A stretch of DNA of 59,784 bases from a bacterium (GTDB lineage Bacteria > Bacteroidota > Ignavibacteria > UBA10030): positions 1 to 59,784 of the forward strand of contig JAZDJN010000013.1 of the NCBI GenBank assembly GCA_043803945.1, written 5' to 3'. The translations under genes and the position numbers were made by a program. A model generated the notes under the pieces. It was not told where the DNA came from. It saw only the letters and a list, made by a program, of their open reading frames with translations, and did not search any database. Numbering within the stretch: position 1 is the stretch's first letter; each line of letters begins with the position of its first letter. Shown one piece after another: positions 49,092 through 57,912 of the stretch.

Positions 49092-51271
49092 GATTCCTGT
49101 ATTAATGTTTCTTTTTTAGTCGTTCGTGCGACCAGCATTTCAACCAGTGCAAGGATCAATGCCGCAAACAGGCACTCTTTCCAAAGCTCGATGCCAAATC
49201 GTGATTCGAGAATCCTGTTTGATAATTCTTCCTGCTGGTCGATCTTTCTGACTGCAGCGGCATTAATGCCCAGACGGCCCAGTAACGATTCGATCGCCTC
49301 CTGCGAAGCATGCCCCGTCATCGTTTCTTCCGGATAAAGATGAACGGAAAATTTCTGGACGATGGTCTTTCCTTGCAGCAATGTATACACACCCGGGTCA
49401 CCAGTCTCCCCAAATCGGGCGAAATGCCGATCACCGGACTTCACCGGTTTGATGAGAATCTCGTTGTTGGTTGGTGTCTGAATGCTCCAACGTTCGGTAC
49501 CCGGTGGAATGGGGACTACTGCCTCACTGCCAACCATGAGGCTCTGTTGCCCGTCCTGTTCCTGTGAAAGATACGCAATACTGCGATGAATCAGGGGAAC
49601 GAAAATCCCCTTCAACGGAAGATCGGACCACTCGAGTGTTGCGGGTGTACTTAACAGCAATACACTTCCTAATCCGTTCCGTTGTTCAATCAGATAGGGT
49701 GAGCCATTACTCAAGGTGATGAGGGCGAGTGACGAAGGCAGGTTTGCAAAACGTAACGATTTGGAAATTCTTGGAGACTCAAGCATACGCTGCGATGTTC
49801 GCTGAGCCTGCTGCCGGGGAATTGCAGTCGTGTTCTCATCAAACATGCCATGAAAGATTGGGTGATCGTATTCAACCTTGCTGAACTCAACAAAGGAATT
49901 CTCGTTGCTTTGTCCCTGGGCAGCCGGTGTACCATCAATGCCGGCGATTGTTGGGATACTCATGAACACGGCCATCGTTGTATTAAATGCCTGTAGCTGC
50001 ATCCGCACGTTAGGAATAATAAACAAGCCTCCGCCTTCCTTGACATACTGCACGCACTGGTTGACAACTGAAGAGGAGAGTTCTTCGCAACTCGTAAGCA
50101 CCACAACTTCCGCTTTGCTGAGTTGACCGGGTGTTAATCGGTCGGGAGTCACTTCCTGAATGTCAAACACTGCTCGGCCGGTAACCTGCCTTGTGCCAAT
50201 GGCAAGCCGGAGGTATTGAAGATCGGGAGGGTGCCCAACGAGCAATAGGCGAATCTGTTCTGGAATCTTCACAGTGAACGAACGACGGTTGTCATACATC
50301 AGTTCATCGTCTTCGATCTCAACGAATCCTTCAAGCACTCCGGTTGTTGTGGGGACGACGGTGAATTGAACCTCGGATGATTGCCCTGGAGCGATGTCGA
50401 CCCCTTGCTGGGCAACTCGGGTTCCGTTGAAGAATACGCTCGCTGCGAGGTTCCGTACTGGGTCAGGCGTTGGGTTTGAAATCTTTGCTTTGATGATTAC
50501 GGATTTATCTTTTTCAAAAATGGTAGTAGGGATATTGATTGAAGTAATCCCTCTGTTTTGAGGAAGTCGCTTTCCGAGCGGGATGAGAAAGAACCGTGCC
50601 TCGGCCGGGAAGAGATTCTCTTGTCTCACGGCGCCCCGCAGCAGGGGAATCACACCGGCTTGAAAATCGGAGAAGATGTACACCTCTTTATTATAGTTCA
50701 ACGAATGCGTAAGAGATTTTGCTGCAGCCCGTAATCCATCCTCCAGAGGTAAAAAGAGAGTAGAAGGTTGAAGCCCCGAGAGTTGCGTTCTGACGAGATT
50801 CAGGTCCCGGCTCGGCAGAAGATCGTCGCTGCTCTTTCCGATAGCGATATCGGAGAGGGGTAACAGAAGGGCATCGTCACCCTCTTTGAAAAGGTCGAGC
50901 ACGGTTGCGGCTGACTGCTTTGCCTGGGTGAAGAGTTCACCCTGATCGTCCCGGGCAGTCATGCTAAGCGAATTATCGAGAAGCAGGAGATCTGTGGTTT
51001 TGGCATGAGAACTTGAACCGCCGATAAATGCACCTTTGAGTGCGGGCCGGGAAAATGTGAGGACAAGCAGGATGATGATCAGTGTTCGAATGATGAGCAG
51101 TATGATTTGCCGGATCTTGATGCGTCGGATTCTCGTTTTTTGCAATTCTTTGAGGAACGAGAGAGTGCTGAATTCTATAGTACGGAGCTTCCTCAGGTTC
51201 AGCAGATGCAGGAGGATGGGAATTGCTACAACAAGCAGACCAAACAACGCTATGGGATTGAGAAATATCAT
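49088..51271 (-). CDS. BatA-N / VWA / CARDB-like membrane protein
   Basis: MIFLNP..IPILLHLL..FSTLSFL BatA N-terminus, DNSLSM MIDAS, SDFQ, YDNRR, WSDLPL, C-terminal TM. ATGA overlap with hflX. Confidence 0.85.
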   Translation of the reverse strand: MIFLNPIALFGLLVVAIPILLHLLNLRKLRTIEFSTLSFLKELQKTRIRRIKIRQIILLIIRTLIIILLVLTFSRPALKGAFIGGSSSHAKTTDLLLLDNSLSMTARDDQGELFTQAKQSAATVLDLFKEGDDALLLPLSDIAIGKSSDDLLPSRDLNLVRTQLSGLQPSTLFLPLEDGLRAAAKSLTHSLNYNKEVYIFSDFQAGVIPLLRGAVRQENLFPAEARFFLIPLGKRLPQNRGITSINIPTTIFEKDKSVIIKAKISNPTPDPVRNLAASVFFNGTRVAQQGVDIAPGQSSEVQFTVVPTTTGVLEGFVEIEDDELMYDNRRSFTVKIPEQIRLLLVGHPPDLQYLRLAIGTRQVTGRAVFDIQEVTPDRLTPGQLSKAEVVVLTSCEELSSSVVNQCVQYVKEGGGLFIIPNVRMQLQAFNTTMAVFMSIPTIAGIDGTPAAQGQSNENSFVEFSKVEYDHPIFHGMFDENTTAIPRQQAQRTSQRMLESPRISKSLRFANLPSSLALITLSNGSPYLIEQRNGLGSVLLLSTPATLEWSDLPLKGIFVPLIHRSIAYLSQEQDGQQSLMVGSEAVVPIPPGTERWSIQTPTNNEILIKPVKSGDRHFARFGETGDPGVYTLLQGKTIVQKFSVHLYPEETMTGHASQEAIESLLGRLGINAAAVRKIDQQEELSNRILESRFGIELWKECLFAALILALVEMLVARTTKKETLIQES

Positions 51272-51540
51272 TCAAAAAAGTCCAGTTTTTCTGCCATTCA
51301 CGTGCAATAAACATACCTTGATTCTCTCCGAAAATCAAGCGCATCCCCTTGTCATCAGCTCCGGGGCATACAAGGGTCCGCTAAGGAAGGAACAAATCAT
51401 TGTGTCAACCGTCAAACAAAACATACTATTAATGTAATCCTCATTTCATCATCAGATGGTTGGATGGTGATATTTTTTTCACCTATATTAAACCCTGCAC
51501 AAGTTCACGATTATTCTTACAGTCGAAGTTAAAACTTACC

Positions 51541-53028
51541 ATGAAACTTTCAAACCGCTGTTTGTTGATTGCCTCCCTGTTCTTGATCTCTCTGGCGGCG
51601 TCGGCACAGACGGGGACGAACTTTAATCCCCGCGACGATCAGTACAAACTGCTTGGGTTGAAACGAGCACTCGATGCTTATAACCTGGCTCGAATGGATT
51701 TTGAGAGAACGAAAGGCATGTTCGAGCGGCAGTTGATTTCCAAGGTTGAGTTGGAGCGTGTAGAACGAACCTATCGCGATGCCGAGGTGAACTATCAACA
51801 ATCCTTCCTTTCGGTGATCTATGAGCGGCGGTACATTGCCATTGAGAAAGCGATAAAATACCAACTGCCCGATGGGCAGCGGCGGGTAAAACTCACGCTT
51901 GCCAATATGACGAGTGGAACGAGCGATATCAAGCGGATCCTCAACGTCGAAGAGAGTCTGTATGCACTCGTCCAACCGGATGTTATAAACGATATTTATG
52001 TCTCTCTCTTGAACGACCAGAGTGCCATTATCGGCCAACCGTATGAGATTAAGATTGAGGTATTGAAAGTTGGAGAACCGCCAACCATTGAGTTTACGCT
52101 TCTTCAGGATGTCGATATCGCAACGGTCCGATTGATCTACGGGCAGAATCAGGATCAAAAGAAAATTTATTTCCAGAAAGACGCGGCGGCAAACCGCGTC
52201 GCGATTGTGGCGGAACAATTCAGCCAGGAATTGCCCTTAGGATCTACAGCAACATTCCGGATGCGTATGGAGTTGTTTTCCAGCGCGCAGAATACATTCC
52301 GGCTGGAGGTGATTAATCTGCCGCTCCAGCTCAATATGTATTTCCAGGATCCCCAGACACAGGCCCGCATCACGCAGGTCAAGTATACCGAGGGTGTGAA
52401 TACAAAGCCGATATCGCTTAACGTTTTGCTTCCCACCCGGGCAAATAACGAATTGAAAATTGACCAGCCGATCAAGTTCTTTGTCCTCGCCTTCCCGCAG
52501 ATGAGCTCTATTCGTATCGATCGGAATAAGCAGATGACAGAGGAAGAAGTGCGTAAGCTGAACGTCGGGTATGTTCAACTCGAACTTGTTCCTCGCGGGC
52601 TTGGTCAATTTCTGATACGCGCTCAACAGTTATACTATGAGATCAATCCCGATCAGTCGGTGACGATGACGTTGGAGATTGTGAATGAAGGATCGCGGTG
52701 GCTCGACAATGTACGCATCGAGGCTGATATGCCGTTGAATTGGACAAAGGTGATTGAACCAAACACGATCGACCGGCTTGATCCCTCCTCGGAAAAGAGA
52801 ATTACCTTTACTTTCAAACCTCCGAAAGAGGTGAGTGTCGGGAAATACGATATCCGTGTTCGTGTTACAGGCCGTTCGGATAATCAACCGCTCGAAGCAG
52901 AGCCGCGGACTGTGACGATTCAAATTGTGGGGCAGGCGAGTATCTGGGGTACGGCGATCATCGTACTGCTGATTGTCGGTCTCGTAGCGGGAATTATGAT
53001 TTTTGGAATTCGATTAACAAAGCGATAA
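51541..53028 (+). CDS. NEW3 / Ig-like domain exported protein with C-terminal TM anchor
   Basis: Signal peptide, helical hairpin, Ig-like repeats, NEW3-like MPLNW..IEP..LDP..VGKYDIRV, TM plus KR end. Confidence 0.75.
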   Translation: MKLSNRCLLIASLFLISLAASAQTGTNFNPRDDQYKLLGLKRALDAYNLARMDFERTKGMFERQLISKVELERVERTYRDAEVNYQQSFLSVIYERRYIAIEKAIKYQLPDGQRRVKLTLANMTSGTSDIKRILNVEESLYALVQPDVINDIYVSLLNDQSAIIGQPYEIKIEVLKVGEPPTIEFTLLQDVDIATVRLIYGQNQDQKKIYFQKDAAANRVAIVAEQFSQELPLGSTATFRMRMELFSSAQNTFRLEVINLPLQLNMYFQDPQTQARITQVKYTEGVNTKPISLNVLLPTRANNELKIDQPIKFFVLAFPQMSSIRIDRNKQMTEEEVRKLNVGYVQLELVPRGLGQFLIRAQQLYYEINPDQSVTMTLEIVNEGSRWLDNVRIEADMPLNWTKVIEPNTIDRLDPSSEKRITFTFKPPKEVSVGKYDIRVRVTGRSDNQPLEAEPRTVTIQIVGQASIWGTAIIVLLIVGLVAGIMIFGIRLTKR

Positions 53029-53049
53029 CTATTAGCAAAGGACGATCTT

Positions 53050-53784
53050 ATGACAGAGCAGATCATACTTGAATCACAAGGATTAACCAAAGTGTATGAG
53101 GATGGTTTATGTGCTCTCGACCATGTCTCGTTTTCCGTGAAAGCAGGAGAGACCTTCTGTCTGCTGGGAGATAATGGTGCCGGCAAGACGACGACGATCA
53201 ACCTCTTCCTTGGATTCCTCGAACCGACAGAAGGAAGTGCATTGATCAACGGGATCGATGTGAAGAAGGATCCGATGGCGGCGAAAACCCATGTGGCATT
53301 TCTTTCGGATATCGTGATGCTCTATCCAAATTTCACCGCCCGGCAGAATCTTGACTTCTTTGCCCGCCTGGGGAGAAAACAACATCTGAAGCGGGAAGAG
53401 TACTATGCAATTCTGCGCCAGGTTGGATTGCAGGAGAAGGCATTCGAACAGAAGCTCAAAGGTTTTTCAAAAGGGATGCGTCAGAAGGTGGGCCTTGCCA
53501 TAGCCATGGTCAAGGAAGCTCCCGCAATTATTCTGGATGAGCCTACCAGCGGCCTCGACCCGAAAGCGGCGAATGAATTCATTGCCATCCTTCACCAGCT
53601 TCGTGAACAGAACCGGGCAATTCTCATAAGCACCCATGATATCTTTCGGGCTAAAGAGATCGCGGATATTGTTGGAATCATGAGTGAAGGAAAACTCCTC
53701 ACGATTAAAACCCGCGAGGAGCTGAAGCATGAAAATCTTGAACGGCTTTACCTTGATTACATTCATGGAAATGTCGCTGCATAA
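53050..53784 (+). CDS. ABC transporter ATP-binding protein
   Basis: GDNGAGKTT, FSKGMRQ, ILDEPTSGLDP, STH. Confidence 0.95.
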   Translation: MTEQIILESQGLTKVYEDGLCALDHVSFSVKAGETFCLLGDNGAGKTTTINLFLGFLEPTEGSALINGIDVKKDPMAAKTHVAFLSDIVMLYPNFTARQNLDFFARLGRKQHLKREEYYAILRQVGLQEKAFEQKLKGFSKGMRQKVGLAIAMVKEAPAIILDEPTSGLDPKAANEFIAILHQLREQNRAILISTHDIFRAKEIADIVGIMSEGKLLTIKTREELKHENLERLYLDYIHGNVAA

Positions 53785-53825
53785 AACGCTTGGCCATTAA
53801 TAACTTGTGAGGCGAAGGAGCTGGT

Positions 53826-55253
53826 ATGCTCAAAATCCTTCTTGAAAAAGAATTACGGGAAATTATTTACTCCACAAAGTTTTCGATCACGTTTGGTGCT
53901 GCCGCGGTGCTTGTCCTCCTGAGTTTCTATGCCGGCATCCGGAATTATCAGGAGAGTATGCGGGAGTATGAAGCGGCGAAAACAGCCAATGCCACCAATA
54001 TCTCGGCGCTCACCGACTGGCGCCAGGTTCAACATAAAGTGTTCAGAAAACCTCAGCCGTTGCAGGTGCTGGTGAGCGGCGTCTCGAATGACATCGGCCG
54101 GACGACGGAGGTTCGCCAAACAGGCGAACTCTCGCTGATCAACAGCCGGTTCAGTGCGGATCCGCTCTATGCCGTGTTTCGGTTTCTCGATCTCAATTTT
54201 GTGTTCATTATCGTGTTGAGCCTTTTTGCCATACTGTTTGGGTACGATGCCATTAATGGAGAAAAAGAATCGGGGACGCTGAAGCTTGTCTTTGCAAACA
54301 GAGTGTCGCGTGCAGAGTTCATTCTCGCGAAATTGCTTGGGAGCCTCCTCGCGCTGGGCCTTCCTCTCATTATTCCTATGCTCATTGGCAGCCTGATGCT
54401 GCTCGGATTCGGCATTCCCTTGTCGGGTGCAGAGTGGGCGAGGCTTACCTTGATCATCATCGGAGGCTTGCTCTGCTTCGGTGTGTTTGTCACACTCAGT
54501 ATTATGCTCTCCGCAATGGTGACTCGTTCGAGCGTCTCCTTTCTGTTGTCCCTGGTGGTCTGGATTTTCAGCGTACTCATTGTCCCCAAAGGAAGCGTCC
54601 TCTTTGCTGCGCAGATTGCTTCCGTACCAAACCTTGATACCATGGAAATCCAGAAGAGGAAATACAACACTGACCAGATGCAGACCCGGATCAAAGGAAT
54701 GCAGCAATGGTTTTCCACCCATACAAATTTTGCCGACACCGGTTTCTCAACAGCACTCAGTGCATTTCAGGATAGCCTCTCCAAAGCATTGGAAAAGGAT
54801 CGGGAAAAGTTTTATAGCCGCTTGAATGAAGAATGGAGGAATAAAAAAGACTGGCAGGAACAATGGGCCTTTGGTTTGTCAAGAGTCTCGCCTACAGCCA
54901 TCTATCAAATTGCCGCGATGAACCTCGCCAACACCGATGTTCCGATGAAAGAACGGTACCTCAAAGACCTTGACCGCTATCAGGATGCCTATGCAGAATT
55001 CATCCGCAAGAAGACCGGCGGCGGAGGTGAATTTATGAGGATCGTGATGCGATCCAGTAGTTCTAGTGCTGGTTCGGAGGAGGAAAAACCCAAACAGCTG
55101 AACCCGGTGGACCTTCCGGAGTTCGTCGAACAGGAACGGACATTCGGAGAGGTCTTCAGTGCATCGTTTTTTGATCTTGGATTACTGACGCTTCTGAATG
55201 TACTTTTCTTTTCCGGTGCATTCGTTGCGTTTCTCAAATTCGATTTACGGTAA
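53826..55253 (+). CDS. ABC-2 type permease with large extracytoplasmic helical domain
   Basis: KELRE N-terminus, YDAINGEKESGTLKLVFAN..SR..ILAK, multiple TMs, C-terminal FDLR. Confidence 0.88.
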   Translation: MLKILLEKELREIIYSTKFSITFGAAAVLVLLSFYAGIRNYQESMREYEAAKTANATNISALTDWRQVQHKVFRKPQPLQVLVSGVSNDIGRTTEVRQTGELSLINSRFSADPLYAVFRFLDLNFVFIIVLSLFAILFGYDAINGEKESGTLKLVFANRVSRAEFILAKLLGSLLALGLPLIIPMLIGSLMLLGFGIPLSGAEWARLTLIIIGGLLCFGVFVTLSIMLSAMVTRSSVSFLLSLVVWIFSVLIVPKGSVLFAAQIASVPNLDTMEIQKRKYNTDQMQTRIKGMQQWFSTHTNFADTGFSTALSAFQDSLSKALEKDREKFYSRLNEEWRNKKDWQEQWAFGLSRVSPTAIYQIAAMNLANTDVPMKERYLKDLDRYQDAYAEFIRKKTGGGGEFMRIVMRSSSSSAGSEEEKPKQLNPVDLPEFVEQERTFGEVFSASFFDLGLLTLLNVLFFSGAFVAFLKFDLR

Positions 55254-55271
55254 CATCCTTGGAGTCGACCT

Positions 55272-56729
55272 ATGTGGAAAATAATTGCTGAACGGGAATT
55301 GCGGGATCAACTTCAGAGCACACGCTTTTTGGTAGCTGCCGGCGTAACGATGGTCTTGCTGCTCTTTAGTATCGGCCTGGGTATCTACCAATATAAATCG
55401 CGGGTTGCGCAATACGAACAGGCAGTCCAGATGTCTCTCGACCTGGCAGCACAGCAGGCGAACTGGTACAGTGTTCAGGCAACAGCGTGGCGTACGCCTG
55501 ATCCGATGGAAATTTTTTCCAATGGCATTAATAGCGACATCGGCCGGTACGCAAATGTCGGCAGGGGAACGGTTCGGCTCGTCCGGAGTGAATTTTCTGA
55601 CGATCCGATGCTCGCCGTGTTCCAGCTCTTCGATCCGACCTTCGTTGTCCTCATTGTTTTGAGTCTCCTGGCAATCCTTTTTACGTATAATGCCGTCAAC
55701 GGCGAGAAGGAGGGCGGGACACTCAAACTTCTCTTTGCCAACAAGATTTCCCGATCTGATTTTATTCTGGGCAAACTCCTTGGGAGTTGTTTCTCCATTC
55801 TGACTCCGGTACTCATCGCCTTCCTGATTGGGATTCTATTCATCATCTTTGCCGGTGTCGAAATGAGCGGGGCACTCTGGGGGCGCCTGGCTCTATTTAT
55901 CCTCGCAACATTTTTATATACCACATGCTTTCTCCTAATTGGAGTGTTCGTTTCCACTTTAACTCACCGATCAAGTGTCTCTTTCCTTATTCTCCTTGTC
56001 GTTTGGGTGACTGCATCGCTCATCATTCCAAAGGCTGCTACAATGCTTGCTGGTCAGGCAGTCCCTGTCCAATCAGCCGATGAGATTGAAAGCAAGATCA
56101 CGAGCTATACAGCGCAAGCTCGTAATGAGAATATGAATCAGATGATGAAATACTATCGGGAACAGGAACGATCGGTTGAAGGAATGAAACCAACGGAGAG
56201 GCAGCAGTTTTTCAGAGATAACCAGGCCAAACTCATGAAGGAGATGGATGACCGGCGAAAAGCAATGGAAGACGATATTGCCAGCTATTCGCAGCGGTTG
56301 TACGAGGACTACTATAATCAGAAGAATAACCAGGCGATGGTGGCTTTTTCGATGAGCAAGTTTTCTCCGGCATCACAATTCCAATTGGCAGCAATGAAAC
56401 TGGCCGGGACGGATCTTCAATTGAAGAAGCGGTACGATGACGCGATGAAACAATACAACACTCAATACACGAACTTTATTCAACAAAAGGGAGGCCGGTA
56501 CGGCATCAGAATTGGCGTCACAAGCTCCGGTGGAAGAACATCGGCCAGCATGACGGGCCCGGAAGAATCAAAAATCAATGTCTCGGAAATGCCTCGCTTC
56601 CAGAGCCCTGTCTACTCCTTCGGTGAAGCGTTCGAAGCTTCTATGTTCGATCTCGGATTACTCGGCTTGTGTGTCATCCTTGGTTTTGTTGCTTCCTTCG
56701 TCTCATTCCTCCGTTTTGATATGCGCTAA
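55272..56729 (+). CDS. ABC-2 type permease (paralog of the upstream permease)
   Basis: RELRD, YNAVNGEKEGGTLKLLFAN..SR..ILGK, TMs, C-terminal FDMR. Confidence 0.88.
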   Translation: MWKIIAERELRDQLQSTRFLVAAGVTMVLLLFSIGLGIYQYKSRVAQYEQAVQMSLDLAAQQANWYSVQATAWRTPDPMEIFSNGINSDIGRYANVGRGTVRLVRSEFSDDPMLAVFQLFDPTFVVLIVLSLLAILFTYNAVNGEKEGGTLKLLFANKISRSDFILGKLLGSCFSILTPVLIAFLIGILFIIFAGVEMSGALWGRLALFILATFLYTTCFLLIGVFVSTLTHRSSVSFLILLVVWVTASLIIPKAATMLAGQAVPVQSADEIESKITSYTAQARNENMNQMMKYYREQERSVEGMKPTERQQFFRDNQAKLMKEMDDRRKAMEDDIASYSQRLYEDYYNQKNNQAMVAFSMSKFSPASQFQLAAMKLAGTDLQLKKRYDDAMKQYNTQYTNFIQQKGGRYGIRIGVTSSGGRTSASMTGPEESKINVSEMPRFQSPVYSFGEAFEASMFDLGLLGLCVILGFVASFVSFLRFDMR

Positions 56730-56749
56730 GCAGCCTTTACAATTCTTAG

Positions 56750-56782
56750 AGCCAGCTTCTTCAAGCGAGGAAGCTGGCTTTT
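56750..56782 (+). terminator. Rho-independent terminator of the ABC operon
   Basis: AGCCAGCTTCTTC-AAGC-GAGGAAGCTGGCT followed by TTT. Confidence 0.8.
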
Positions 56783-56967
56783 CTCATTATATATAGAAAT
56801 TCCCTTGAAGCTGGAAATACCACGCTGAGTAATTACCAGAATCCTCAATTAATACAAGCAACTTTTCTGATCCTTCCGCATCTTTACGGTGGGCTGTTTA
56901 ATTCATTACGGTTAAACTCCTTAAGTTTTGAAGAATCGGAGTACTACCAATTCCAAACGAGTCTGAA

Positions 56968-57561
56968 TTGCTATCATTACTAAAGAGCGGTTCCCGGGAT
57001 GCATTTGAGAAAGTATACCTGGATCATAGGGATGGAGTGTATGCATACTGCGTCAAGATTTTGCTTGATCGTCATTTAGCAAAAGATATTGTGCAGGATA
57101 CTTTTCTGAAGGTCAGACAACATGCAGTATCTCTGCAGCAAACAACATCCCTCAAATCATGGATATATCGTATAGCACGAAATGAAGCGTTGATGCATCT
57201 CCCAAAAAAAAGGCATAATACTACTGGTCATTTTATGATAGACAGAGCTTATGTCATAGCAGTTGAAAACATTCTGAGTGGGAATTATACAACGAAGTGG
57301 CATACGGGCTACATCTGGATCACGCTTTTCGGCTTACTGCTTGCAGGAATAGTAGCTTATCGCTTTTCACCAATTCAGTCAGCCCTTATAATCTTCCTCA
57401 TCACCATCTTATCAATAGCGCTGTGCTCGTATCTCTTCGAGCAGTATGATGTTGTTGTCGATGTTCTCTATCCTTCGCTTTCACTTGGTATTGCGATGTT
57501 TCTATTCCCATTACTCCTGTTGGCAATACGATATCGTTTGAATAGAACTGAGGCATTCTGA
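56968..57561 (+). pseudogene. Chimeric ORF: ECF sigma factor region 2 fused to a CHASE2-like membrane tail
   Basis: GSRDAFEKVY..AKDIVQDTFLK..KSWIYRIARN (sigma-2), no sigma-4, then AVENILSGNY and three hydrophobic helices. Confidence 0.65.
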
Positions 57562-57912
57562 AGGAATATGTAAGATTCATTATTAACCCTTAAATTATTC
57601 AAAATTCGTCTCAGGTGTTTTTCTTTCATTTTTCAGGTGTTTACCTCATTGACAATAAATAGTAATATTCATAACATCTTGCTGTATCATCATGAGTTGC
57701 ATTTCATACTAAGGAGTGATCCGTGCCGCTCCTGCACCAAATGAAGCATTTAATGAAGAACCTCTAGATTCGCATTATGCGATAAAAGAGGTTTTTGTGT
57801 AAATAGCTGCGGTGGATGAAAATGAGCAATGAGACGAAAATTAATAATTTATGCTTGGACGTTAAGTATCACATGGACACAAGGGGATCTCACGTAATTA
57901 GCTAAACATTCT

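Noticed and set aside
51550-55957. Several long minus-strand ORFs across the ABC operon
   Set aside because: Antisense shadows of well-supported plus-strand genes.
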